Shown here in pieces: positions 47,247 through 56,900 of a stretch of 64,000 nt of DNA. Where the stretch lies: the IMG/VR virus record IMGVR_UViG_3300024496_000011; one strand, written 5' to 3'. Origin of the DNA: a virus. The position numbers were made by a program, and so were the translations under genes. The first letter of the stretch is position 1, and each line of letters starts with the position of its first letter. Below the pieces are notes generated by a model. That model saw only the letters and a program-made list of their open reading frames with translations. It did no database searches and was not told the origin of the DNA.

Positions 47247-47268
47247 CGACCGATAGTATTTTTTCTAT

Positions 47269-47703
47269 TTATTGGTCTAGAGACCCTTCAGAACTTTGTT
47301 GTTTTAATAACTTTGCTAATTCTGCAGTAGAACCGACAAAAAGTGCATTATTTACTGTAGTTGGACCTTTTGGTTTGTCTTCTTCAATATCTTTTATCTT
47401 CTTTTGCAAGTCCATTAATTTGTCTGTTGCATCAGCAACATTTTTAATTAACTGTCCCGCAACTTCATATGCTCTAGGCATTTCACTTTCTTGAGCTAAT
47501 TCTAAAATACCATTAATTGCTTCTTGACCTTTCTCAATCAATGAATACAAGTTACCTCTAGTGTATTCATAATCTTTTTTTATGTCGTTATTTGCATTAT
47601 TAATGGTTTCTATTTTTTCTTCAACTACTTCTGGATTTTTTACTATCTCAGTAGAAACATTAAAAGTTTCATTTAAGTCTTTAAATTTTTTTGTCATTTT
47701 CAT
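47269..47703 (-). CDS. gp16: terminase small subunit (T4 gp16)
   Basis: DYEYTRGNLY, HPRAYEV-like MPRAYEV, FVGSTAEL. Confidence 0.92.
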   Translation of the reverse strand: MKMTKKFKDLNETFNVSTEIVKNPEVVEEKIETINNANNDIKKDYEYTRGNLYSLIEKGQEAINGILELAQESEMPRAYEVAGQLIKNVADATDKLMDLQKKIKDIEEDKPKGPTTVNNALFVGSTAELAKLLKQQSSEGSLDQ

Positions 47704-48701
47704 GATATTGTACCACTAAATCCAAAATCATCTCCCACTTGTATTAGAGCGTCATCAGCATCTGTTATCTTTTTAACTGGAGAACCTAAAACATGAGCAG
47801 ATGCAACAGTTTTATCAGCACCTCTTACAACGGTTAAAACATTACCAGTTTTTGATTTCACTAACATTTCTTCCTCATCAATGTAGATGTAAGTATTACT
47901 ACTAATATTTGATGAGTCATTAACCGAAATTGATGTATCTGTTGCGGATACATCAACAGATAAATTAGTAGTTATTTGGCCAGTATAATTTTTAGTTGCT
48001 CTAGGTTCAACACTGTAAACAATTTCTCTTGTTGGAGTTTTTGTAGTATCTCCAGAAATAAGTCCAATAGAAACTCTTCTGATAACATCCGAAGAAGCAG
48101 AAGAAATAGGACCAAAAAGATATGTTTTTGCAGTAAATCTCAAAGTATAAATTAATGATCTTCTAGTAGAAAAGTCACCCTCATAATCATCGGACATTGA
48201 AATACTATTCAATACAACGGGAATATCTCTTTTTTCCCCAATTTGTTCTACTAAGTCAATTGTCATCGTATAAGCTGGTTGAAAATATGGTAAAATTTGC
48301 TCAATAATTTGAAGCATATCATCATTCAACTTAGTGAATATACTAACTTCAAAATCTAAATTATATGGAACTGGTAAATATGACTTTTTTTGTTGGGTTT
48401 TATCGGTTACTGAAGTTGTTAAAAATGTTTGAGTAGTTGTCGCTTTTCTTGATGAATCGTATGACAATCCAACCAATTCAAATGACATTCTAGGTAAACT
48501 TATTTGAATTGGTTTATTGAGGTCTGGTGATTGCTCAATTCTTGCTAAAAATTTCTGTGTTGGTCCATATGCCAAAGGAACTTTAATAACACTAACCGTG
48601 TTATCATTGTTATTTGTGTGTTTGATAGAAATATTGTTAAAAAGAGACCCAAAGGAAACTACAGTTCTTCTTAATATTTCGTGATAAAAATACTCAAACA
48701 T
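47700..48701 (-). CDS. gp15: tail terminator / sheath stabilizer (T4 gp15)
   Basis: YFYHEI, VPLAYGPTQKF, LPRMSFE, PVPYNL, EQILPYFQP. Confidence 0.95.
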   Translation of the reverse strand: MFEYFYHEILRRTVVSFGSLFNNISIKHTNNNDNTVSVIKVPLAYGPTQKFLARIEQSPDLNKPIQISLPRMSFELVGLSYDSSRKATTTQTFLTTSVTDKTQQKKSYLPVPYNLDFEVSIFTKLNDDMLQIIEQILPYFQPAYTMTIDLVEQIGEKRDIPVVLNSISMSDDYEGDFSTRRSLIYTLRFTAKTYLFGPISSASSDVIRRVSIGLISGDTTKTPTREIVYSVEPRATKNYTGQITTNLSVDVSATDTSISVNDSSNISSNTYIYIDEEEMLVKSKTGNVLTVVRGADKTVASAHVLGSPVKKITDADDALIQVGDDFGFSGTIS

Positions 48702-48750
48702 TTTAAAAAAATCTATTTGGTAAATTCAATTTAGATATGAATTTAATTAT

Positions 48751-50127
48751 TTATGGATTTCCGAATGGATTACTTTCAGTAAAGTCTATTATTAAATCAG
48801 ATTCACCTTCTATCTCTTCATTTTGAGCATATGGATCTGTTTTATTATAAGAATCTTCAATTCTTAATTGATAAGAAGCTCCACTTTTTGCGCCAACTAT
48901 TCTTTCTCCTGTTTTGAAGGTTCCAGATATTTTATGTACTTTTAATTCTTTAGTGACTGCGTTCCAAGAATTTACTTTTGCTGTTGTATTAGTAATAGAT
49001 CCAGTTACCAATTCATTAAAAATATAAGTTCCGATTCCGGAAGTTGGTGAAGATTCGATAGTTATTGTTGGATTTGATGTATAACCTATTCCAGCATCTA
49101 TGAGTCTTATCTGAGTTATTGATCCACTTGAGTTTATTACTGCATAACCTTTGGCAGTTGTTCCTATACCAGGACCACTAAAGGTGACTGATGGTGAAGT
49201 AGTGTATCCAGACCCACCACTTGTTACTGTAACTACTCCAACTATACCATTACCAATGACTGCTGTTGCTGCTGCTCCCGCACCGCCACCTCCGACAAAC
49301 ACAACACTTGGTGCCACTGTGTAACCAGCTCCAGAATTGCTAAGTTGAACTCCTTGAACTTTTAAGGAACTAGTTCCATTACAATCTATTAATCCACCAA
49401 TCATTGTTGCAATACCAACTGCCGTAGTTCCTCCTGATGGCGCTGATGATATTGCAACTTTTGGTACGGATGTATAACCATTACCTCTATTTGTAATTCT
49501 TACAAATCTAATTCCACCATTTACTATAGTAGCAGCTGCTGTTGCAGTTGATGCAGATCCAACCAAAGTTAGTGTTTGAATGTATCCTTGATCTTGTATA
49601 TTATCGTCTATTTGTTCTATAGTAGTATCAACAACTTCATCTTCATATCTAAACAATTCACATCTTAATTCGTATACATAATTTTTTTGAAGTTGATAGA
49701 ATGGTTGTTCATGTTCAACATATTTAATTTCGAATAATCTATCCCCTAACGGAAAATAAATCAAATCTCCTTCTTTTGGTCTGGTTGATAATTTTACATC
49801 TGTCATATTTTTTATGAGAGGAGATATGTAATTCTCAAATCTCTCTTTAGAAATAATCAAATTTAAATCATCTAATTCTTGAATTCCAAATTTTGATAGT
49901 ATAGTTCCTGCGCCACTATACCCTTCATAGCTATTAAGATATGCCTCTAAAGGAAAAGCATTTTGAAATTTTGATTCTATAACTTCCTTTATTATTGTTT
50001 TTTCTGTGATATATGCTCTTGGTAAATAATAAATTTCAACACCATACATCCTTAATTGTTCATTTATTAGATCTTGGATAAGATCTTGCTCTGTTCTAGA
50101 TCCTTGAAGAAAAAATGGATTGAGCAT
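48751..50127 (-). CDS. gp14: neck protein (T4 gp14) with inserted GxGYT beta-repeat domains
   Basis: YGVEIYYLPR, PKEGDLIYFP, FEIKYVE, FTESNPFG; four GxGY(T) repeats inserted. Confidence 0.92.
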   Translation of the reverse strand: MLNPFFLQGSRTEQDLIQDLINEQLRMYGVEIYYLPRAYITEKTIIKEVIESKFQNAFPLEAYLNSYEGYSGAGTILSKFGIQELDDLNLIISKERFENYISPLIKNMTDVKLSTRPKEGDLIYFPLGDRLFEIKYVEHEQPFYQLQKNYVYELRCELFRYEDEVVDTTIEQIDDNIQDQGYIQTLTLVGSASTATAAATIVNGGIRFVRITNRGNGYTSVPKVAISSAPSGGTTAVGIATMIGGLIDCNGTSSLKVQGVQLSNSGAGYTVAPSVVFVGGGGAGAAATAVIGNGIVGVVTVTSGGSGYTTSPSVTFSGPGIGTTAKGYAVINSSGSITQIRLIDAGIGYTSNPTITIESSPTSGIGTYIFNELVTGSITNTTAKVNSWNAVTKELKVHKISGTFKTGERIVGAKSGASYQLRIEDSYNKTDPYAQNEEIEGESDLIIDFTESNPFGNP

Positions 50128-50130
50128 ATC

Positions 50131-50979
50131 TTATCCTATCATATCTAATGGTGGAAGTTCATAAGTGTTAGACATTTTTTCCATTAAAATGTCAATTTCT
50201 CTTTGAGCGTCATCGTACATTTGTCTGCCATTTAATTCAACTCCACCTGGAAGTTTGACTCCAGTAAATTTCATCATATTTTGTCCCCACTGTCTCTTGA
50301 TTAATGATGTTAAATATGGTTTCACAAAAGAATCATTCCAAACTCTACTGTAATCATTTGGATCTAAAACTGAATAGCAATCAATGACAATGTATTGATT
50401 ATTAGTTACAGTTGACCAATCAATATCTAAATATAATCTATCTTGTCTTTTGTTAAATCTAATTTGTTTTTGTGTATTGAGAAGAAAATCTAAATCTTCA
50501 AGGTAAGTTTTTACCATTGCATAAGATAATAGTTCTGTGCTACCCCAATAGTAAATATCATTTAAAAATAATTGATACTTTACGCTAAACATATTATGGG
50601 TAATAGTGTTAGCACTATCAAAAAGAAATATTTTATTTACACCTAATACTGATGGTGGAATTTGGAGATAATTACTATTTTCTTCATATGTAAAAGTCGT
50701 TGTTACCCCAACTATAGTTGTTGTAACACTTGTTGATGCTATTCCTACTGCAGGTCCGGTTCCACCTCTTGCTCGGCCCCTATTAATATCATTTTGATTT
50801 ATCTTGTACTTATAAAATGTAGGATATACACCATCAAAATGTCTTTCTTGAAAAAACTGAATGGCGTCATCTACTAGATCATCAATTTGCTCATCCGCAA
50901 CATTAATTTCTAAAACTGGTGCCCCCAGTTTTCTTTTACAATAATCTATTAGTTCTTGTCTAGTAGATGGTTGCGACAT
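50131..50979 (-). CDS. gp13: neck protein (T4 gp13)
   Basis: RKLGAPVLEINV, KRQWGQNMMKF, LPGGVELNG. Confidence 0.96.
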   Translation of the reverse strand: MSQPSTRQELIDYCKRKLGAPVLEINVADEQIDDLVDDAIQFFQERHFDGVYPTFYKYKINQNDINRGRARGGTGPAVGIASTSVTTTIVGVTTTFTYEENSNYLQIPPSVLGVNKIFLFDSANTITHNMFSVKYQLFLNDIYYWGSTELLSYAMVKTYLEDLDFLLNTQKQIRFNKRQDRLYLDIDWSTVTNNQYIVIDCYSVLDPNDYSRVWNDSFVKPYLTSLIKRQWGQNMMKFTGVKLPGGVELNGRQMYDDAQREIDILMEKMSNTYELPPLDMIG

Positions 50980-51000
50980 TTATCTTCTCTTTTAAAATAT

Positions 51001-51180
51001 TTATGATTTAGATATTAAAAGTTGAGATACAACCTCTTGTTGCTTTAAATATAACTTATAATAACATTTAGCAATATTTTTTGCATCTTCAATATTAGAT
51101 ATACTATCTATTTCTGAAGCAACTTTAAAGTATTCAAAACTTTTGCTTAAATTTTCAAGTTCTATACTATCTGGATTCAT
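51001..51180 (-). CDS. NblA-like (phycobilisome degradation adaptor-like) two-helix protein, 59 aa
   Basis: Hand-translated MNPDSIELENLSKSFEYFKVASEIDSISNIEDAKNIAKCYYKLYLKQQEVVSQLLISKS; size and residue pattern match NblA. Confidence 0.55.
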   Translation of the reverse strand: MNPDSIELENLSKSFEYFKVASEIDSISNIEDAKNIAKCYYKLYLKQQEVVSQLLISKS

Positions 51181-51394
51181 TTAACAAACTCCTTAGTAAA
51201 CTTTTTATTTCATCAAGATCACTTTTCATATTAGCAACATTTTCTTCAAGGGATTGTATTTTTAGATTCTCTTTTTCTTTTAATTTCTTTTGCAAAATAT
51301 ACGCATTGTAATCTGACATACTAGTATTAACTACCGCTTGAGTTTTATCGTCTCTTATTAAATTTGAATGGCCTGTAATTTTTGAATGACTCAT
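51167..51394 (-). CDS. hypothetical coiled-coil protein (75 aa)
   Basis: GHSNLIRD...AVVNT, C-terminal heptads. Confidence 0.75.
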   Translation of the reverse strand: MSHSKITGHSNLIRDDKTQAVVNTSMSDYNAYILQKKLKEKENLKIQSLEENVANMKSDLDEIKSLLRSLLNESR

Positions 51395-51400
51395 AGTTTA

Positions 51401-53902
51401 TCATGCTAAAGCAATAACTCTTAAATCTTTAACTCTAGGTGGATATGCTTGATTTGTTGAAGTTCCAACAAATTTAATACCAAAATATCTAAATGGTGGA
51501 AGATTATCAATTGTGAATTCATACTCCCTAAAGTCTAAAATATCACCATCAAATCCAATGACATCTGTTTTTGATACCATTTTATCTGGAGATCCATCAT
51601 TGTTTGCTAAATTAATAATTTCTCCAGTTGAAGTTAAGTTTTTATATCCTGGGAATGGATAATAAATCATCTCCGAGTTTGGATCATCTGTAATTGAATA
51701 AAAACATCTGATATCATTTTGGGTATTAATATAAGCATTCATATAAACTTTAATAGATGATGCCGGAGTCTCTAGTGATATTGGTTTAGTTGCATAAACA
51801 AATGATGATGGATCTCCTTCTAAAGTTGATGTTCTATTGTCAGTTATATAGTTTGATATTGGATTATTTACTCTGTTTGAAATAAACATCACAGCAACTC
51901 TATCCAAATCAATCACTGGAGAAATATATGCATTTGTTGTGGATAGATTTAAGTTAAGAGTGAATGATTTGTTTGCTGGTAAATTTGTAAGTTTTGAAGA
52001 TTCATTTACTTTTGAAGAAACGACTCTTGGGGTTGAAAAATAATTAGTCGCATTCAAGTTAATTTGCTCAAAACCTTGATCTATGAATGAAATTTCATTT
52101 CCACCTATGCTACTTCCTGAAACTGATCTGATTGATGCATTGACATTAGTTCCTCTTAATGTCATAGTTTGAACTATTGGTTTTGCAAGTTCAAAAGGAA
52201 TATTTTGTGTGGCGTTTATAGAACTTCCGCCAGTTGATTTAGTTTCATTTAAAAATAGTTTTGGATGTCCCGTGGATGTAGATCTATTCGTCATTGTAGA
52301 ATTTTGATCGGACATATCAAGTTTTATATGATAGTAATCCAAATCAAGTGGATTAGAAACAGTGGCGTTCGATAAATCATGAGTTTTGTTAATTCTTCTT
52401 AAAGAAACTCCAGACAACTCATACTTATAAATTAAACTCCCTGCATCATGAATAAATGATTTAGTTTGATCAACACCCCTTGTAATTCCTGTTAATTTTG
52501 GTGGAGATGTTGTCGAATTTACGCCTGTATAAGAAATAATTTCATCTTCAATTTTAATATATCCTGGATTCGTAGCTCCTACCGATACATTTTCAAAAGT
52601 TTGAAAGTTTGCGATTGTTACACTTTCTACTTGAATATCATCATTTGATGTTGCTGAATAATTTGCAAATAATTTAGTTGGTTTTAAGTCTGATACTACA
52701 TTTGAAACGGCAACCAAATTATTTGCAGAGTTCATTCCATGATTCTTATGATTAACTTTTAAATGTAGTCCATCAGATAAAGTTATTATACCATCTGTGG
52801 GTATAGTAACATTTCCACCAGTTCCATTTAAATCAGTAGTAATTCCTAAATTATTAATAAATCTAATAGTTTTTCCTATTCCGGTTAAATATTCTCCTTG
52901 CACTTGATCTATTATTAATTCATTTACGCCAGAAATTTGAGATACCGACAATCTTAAATTTCTACCTAAGTTTTTAGATCCAATAGTAGTAATACCAAGA
53001 ACATCTCCAACAGAATAACCAGTTCCTCCATTTGAAATTGTTGCTGCGACAGCAACACCATTGGATATTGTTATATCTGCTGCGGCATCTCTTCCAGAAC
53101 CTGTTATACTATTCAATGAAACATTTGTAAAAAGATAACTGCCTGATGATGGAGTATAACCTATACCAGAATTAATAATTCCTAAAGTGCTAAATGCAGA
53201 ACCAGCTGATCCAACAAAATTGCCAGTTGCATTGCTATTTTGTTGAATTATCGTATTACCTGGAGATGGTAGTTTTGAATCTGCAATAGTTGTTCCTATA
53301 CCTACTTTAATTTTTTTAGATGCAATTTCTAAAGAATCCTTGACTAAAGTTGCAACCTGACCATTTCCAACACTTAGATCTGGATTATAGAAATTTATAT
53401 TTCCACTTCCAACGAAATTTGCTCTGTATAATTTAAACTTTAAATCTTCCAATTGGCTTGGAGTCCAAGTAGATCCATTTTGCGATTTAAATAAAGATCC
53501 ACTCAGAGGTTGCTTCGAAACTAGTACTTGTTGATCTTCTGTAAGATTTGAAGTACTAACTTCAACTTCTGATAATCTAGCAATCCATACATTATATACA
53601 CTAGAATTTGAAAGTATGGCTAAAGCATGAAATTGTTTTCCCGCCAAATAAATTGGCGAATCAAATGTAACTCTAGTTGGAACTGATGCGTCCGCAGAAA
53701 TGTTTACATTTTTTGGATCAATAACAACCTCTCCAAATGGATAAACTTCATTTGTAGGTACACCCAACTGCATTGGTCTCAATTGAACTGTAACTGGAAG
53801 TTCCGCATCTCTGGAGTAAAAATATAAATCAACAGAAGTTACAAAAATACCGCTGTCAGGTTCTACATAAAAAGATTGTGCTAAAGGATCTATTATTTTC
53901 AT
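51401..53902 (-). CDS. baseplate/tail structural protein, C-terminal part of a DUF4815/VrlC-like protein (833 aa)
   Basis: Starts MKIIDPLAQSF; GSLFKSQNGSTW, EDLKFKLYRANF, SPVIDL, PRVKDLRVIALA. Confidence 0.75.
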   Translation of the reverse strand: MKIIDPLAQSFYVEPDSGIFVTSVDLYFYSRDAELPVTVQLRPMQLGVPTNEVYPFGEVVIDPKNVNISADASVPTRVTFDSPIYLAGKQFHALAILSNSSVYNVWIARLSEVEVSTSNLTEDQQVLVSKQPLSGSLFKSQNGSTWTPSQLEDLKFKLYRANFVGSGNINFYNPDLSVGNGQVATLVKDSLEIASKKIKVGIGTTIADSKLPSPGNTIIQQNSNATGNFVGSAGSAFSTLGIINSGIGYTPSSGSYLFTNVSLNSITGSGRDAAADITISNGVAVAATISNGGTGYSVGDVLGITTIGSKNLGRNLRLSVSQISGVNELIIDQVQGEYLTGIGKTIRFINNLGITTDLNGTGGNVTIPTDGIITLSDGLHLKVNHKNHGMNSANNLVAVSNVVSDLKPTKLFANYSATSNDDIQVESVTIANFQTFENVSVGATNPGYIKIEDEIISYTGVNSTTSPPKLTGITRGVDQTKSFIHDAGSLIYKYELSGVSLRRINKTHDLSNATVSNPLDLDYYHIKLDMSDQNSTMTNRSTSTGHPKLFLNETKSTGGSSINATQNIPFELAKPIVQTMTLRGTNVNASIRSVSGSSIGGNEISFIDQGFEQINLNATNYFSTPRVVSSKVNESSKLTNLPANKSFTLNLNLSTTNAYISPVIDLDRVAVMFISNRVNNPISNYITDNRTSTLEGDPSSFVYATKPISLETPASSIKVYMNAYINTQNDIRCFYSITDDPNSEMIYYPFPGYKNLTSTGEIINLANNDGSPDKMVSKTDVIGFDGDILDFREYEFTIDNLPPFRYFGIKFVGTSTNQAYPPRVKDLRVIALA

Positions 53903-53964
53903 TTTAATTGTTAATTGTTGGACGATAACTCCACTATGATATATTTATTTCTCATTTTACTTAG

Positions 53965-56900
53965 TTATTTTTTACCTTTTTTCTTATTATTTACTGGTGA
54001 AACTGTGATTGCGTTTGGTATTACAGTGGTAAGACCGTTTGGACCTGTTACTCTTACATCTCTTACAAAATCTTTTTGTATTTGCTTAGCTGGTTGTCCT
54101 AATGATGGACTATTTTGTGTTGTAGGAATCATGCCTTTTGCTTGATTACTTTCTTTTAGTTGAGTAGATAATGCTGCATAATTTTTATCGGTTGGAGTAA
54201 CTTTTGCACCTTGTGCATTAAACGCTTGTTCTGCTTTATTGGCACCAATTTTCTTCTTGAGTTCTCCATAAGTAACTTCTTTACCATTATATTTAATTGT
54301 TGTTAGAGGAACCGAATAATATGGTTGATTGCTACCTTGAAGTTTCTTACCAAAAAGACCTGCTACAAATTTATCCCCACCAATACCACGCTGACCATAT
54401 ACTAATCCACCTGCATTTACATTTAAGAATTTGATACCAGCAGTTGATTTTGGTTCAACAGGTTTCACTGGACCTGGATCTGTCGTTGGTCCTGGAATAT
54501 CATCGAGTGGTGGTGGTTGTGTCGTTGGTCCTGGATCAGGTGTCCACGATGGAGTGGGTTGATTATCAATTGGCGATGGGAACACCGGTGTTGGTGTTGG
54601 TTGTGGTTGTGGTTGAGGTTCTGGTTGTGGTTGTGGTTGTGGTTCTGGTAAAGTATTTCCAACAATAGTTGTTGCGACCACTGCAACCGGTCCAGTAGAA
54701 ACCTCAGATCTACTTTCTATTATGGTTTGAGTTTCAGTTCTAGCAGTTCTGACAGATAATATATTTTCTTGTACCCTATTAATTTTACCTTCAGAATAAA
54801 ATCTTTCTTCCGCACTTGTAATTGTAGAATCAATTAAAGAATTAGTTGAGCTACTTGTTATTCTGAAAAGTTTTGTGCCTGTTTGGAAACTTGGATTTCC
54901 GAAAACATTTGGATTTGGGATAAAGAAAGATCCTATTATTACACCATTGACATCAGTAATTAATCTAATATTCGTTATTACTGCTTCTGCGCCACTTGTA
55001 TTTCCTCTAAGTCTCATTCCAGTTTGAATAAATCCAAAGAAATCGCCAAGAGCTTGTTGTGAAAGACTAAAGGTATCAATATTTAAAATCGTTGAAGTTG
55101 ATGAATAATTTGTTGGAATGTCTTGTACTGAGTTATATGGATCTTTTGTAAAGATTTCTGTTGGTGAATTGTAAGGTCCATATTTATGATTTGAATTTGC
55201 CACTCTAAAAGTAATCTTTGGTGTAGAAGATTGAACTCCTAAAATCTCAGCTCCATCACTAACAACACCCTGTACAGTTTCACCCACTTGGAATGTTCCT
55301 GAAACCATGCTAATTTCTAATAGTTTTGGAACTATAAATTTATTAACATCAAGACCACTAAAGAATGTGTAAACTCTTGTTAGTGGTTTTAATCTCTTGG
55401 CAACAAATTCAATATTCCTAGACCTCATGAAAGGACTTATATCAGAACTTAGAACAGTATCACCTAAAGAAACATACTTAGTATCTTCTTTAGTAATTTT
55501 TCTAATACCACTTCTTGTACTTGTGCCAGTTTTAGTTATTGTCTCTAAATCTTCTTTAATGATGTAATATCCAACATTAACTGTTCTTGAATCTTTTGCT
55601 GTAGTTGAACCTGTCCAGACAGTTTCCCAAGATCCCCAAGTTACTGGTCCAAATCCAGTTTGTTTATCTAATTCTGAAGCAGTAATTTGAGATTCTGACT
55701 GAATATAATTTGTTGCCACTTCTGTTGAATTTGCAACAAGTCTTACGACATCAACCCAAACATCTGAAGATGGGGCAAGATTGATTGTTCCGCCATAATA
55801 ACCAACTCTGTATGGAGCAACACTTTCTACTCTAGTTGCATATGGTTGATTTATTTCTTCCACTTCCAAATAATCTAAGGTAATTATATCATTTGTTTTT
55901 TTGATGTTAGTTCCTATTAAGTCTGTAACATACCTAGAATCTACTTGAGAATTTGAAGTTACACCTAATCCAATAAGAGAATTTGACCCTAAAACTAAAT
56001 CAACTAATGTATTATATGGTGAAGGTCTTAGTTCCGAGTTAGCAACATCAATACTGTTCTTTACTATTGTTACTTTTTTCTGTGAAGATGTTGTAGAAAA
56101 GTCATCAACAAAAAATCCAGATTTAAAACGATTTAAACCATTGACATCTCTAATAAAAAGATTTGAAGTATCTGTTTCTAATAAAGAAAGTGAAGTATAA
56201 TACTCTAAATTTTTAATTCTATTCTCAAGAGAATAGATATCTTTCATTCTATATCTCTTGTGTTCGGCAAGATTTAGACTTGCATCGTTTATGTCGCACA
56301 AATATGCTGGTAATGTAATAGTTGCTATATCTAAAGCATCTTCAATTCCAATTGGTGGTTGTGGATTATCTGCAGGTTCCCCTTTATTTAACTGGAATAT
56401 TCCATCTTTAGTTAAATAAATTTTATCTACTCTTGGTAAATAATAAGAATAATTTAATAAAATAGATTCATCGGAAGCCAAAACATTAGATGCAGAATTT
56501 CCACTAGAAGTAAAACTTCTAGATCTAAATTCAAATGGAGATAATGAAGATGTTGTAACTGTAAATTCAGAAACTCTTGGTCTAATATCTAAAATATCAC
56601 TATTCCTAATACCATTGACGGAAGGTATGTCACAATAATCAAATTGGTTATAAGAATTTGCAGTTGTTATATTGCCATCATCAGAAGACAAAAAACTTGC
56701 AGACTCAAATACAATTTTTAATTTTCTAATTGGTTCTTTTGCTGCAGATTTTCTAGTTATTCTAGAATAATCATATATCGTGTTTCTTTGACCATTATCA
56801 AAAATATAATTTGTGGTGACATTATTATCACCTGCATCAGAAGAAGTTATAACTGCTGTTATTCCGGATTCTTTGAAAGTGATTGTTTCGTCAATTCTGA

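Noticed and set aside
53902-53967. Programmed frameshift or readthrough joining the two DUF4815-like ORFs
   Set aside because: The ORFs are out of frame, the gap has an in-frame stop and a late-promoter motif, and no clear slippery site plus stimulator was seen; independent expression is simpler.
54587-54649. Short tandem repeats as a CRISPR-like or regulatory array
   Set aside because: In-frame hexamers encoding a Pro-rich linker; no spacers.
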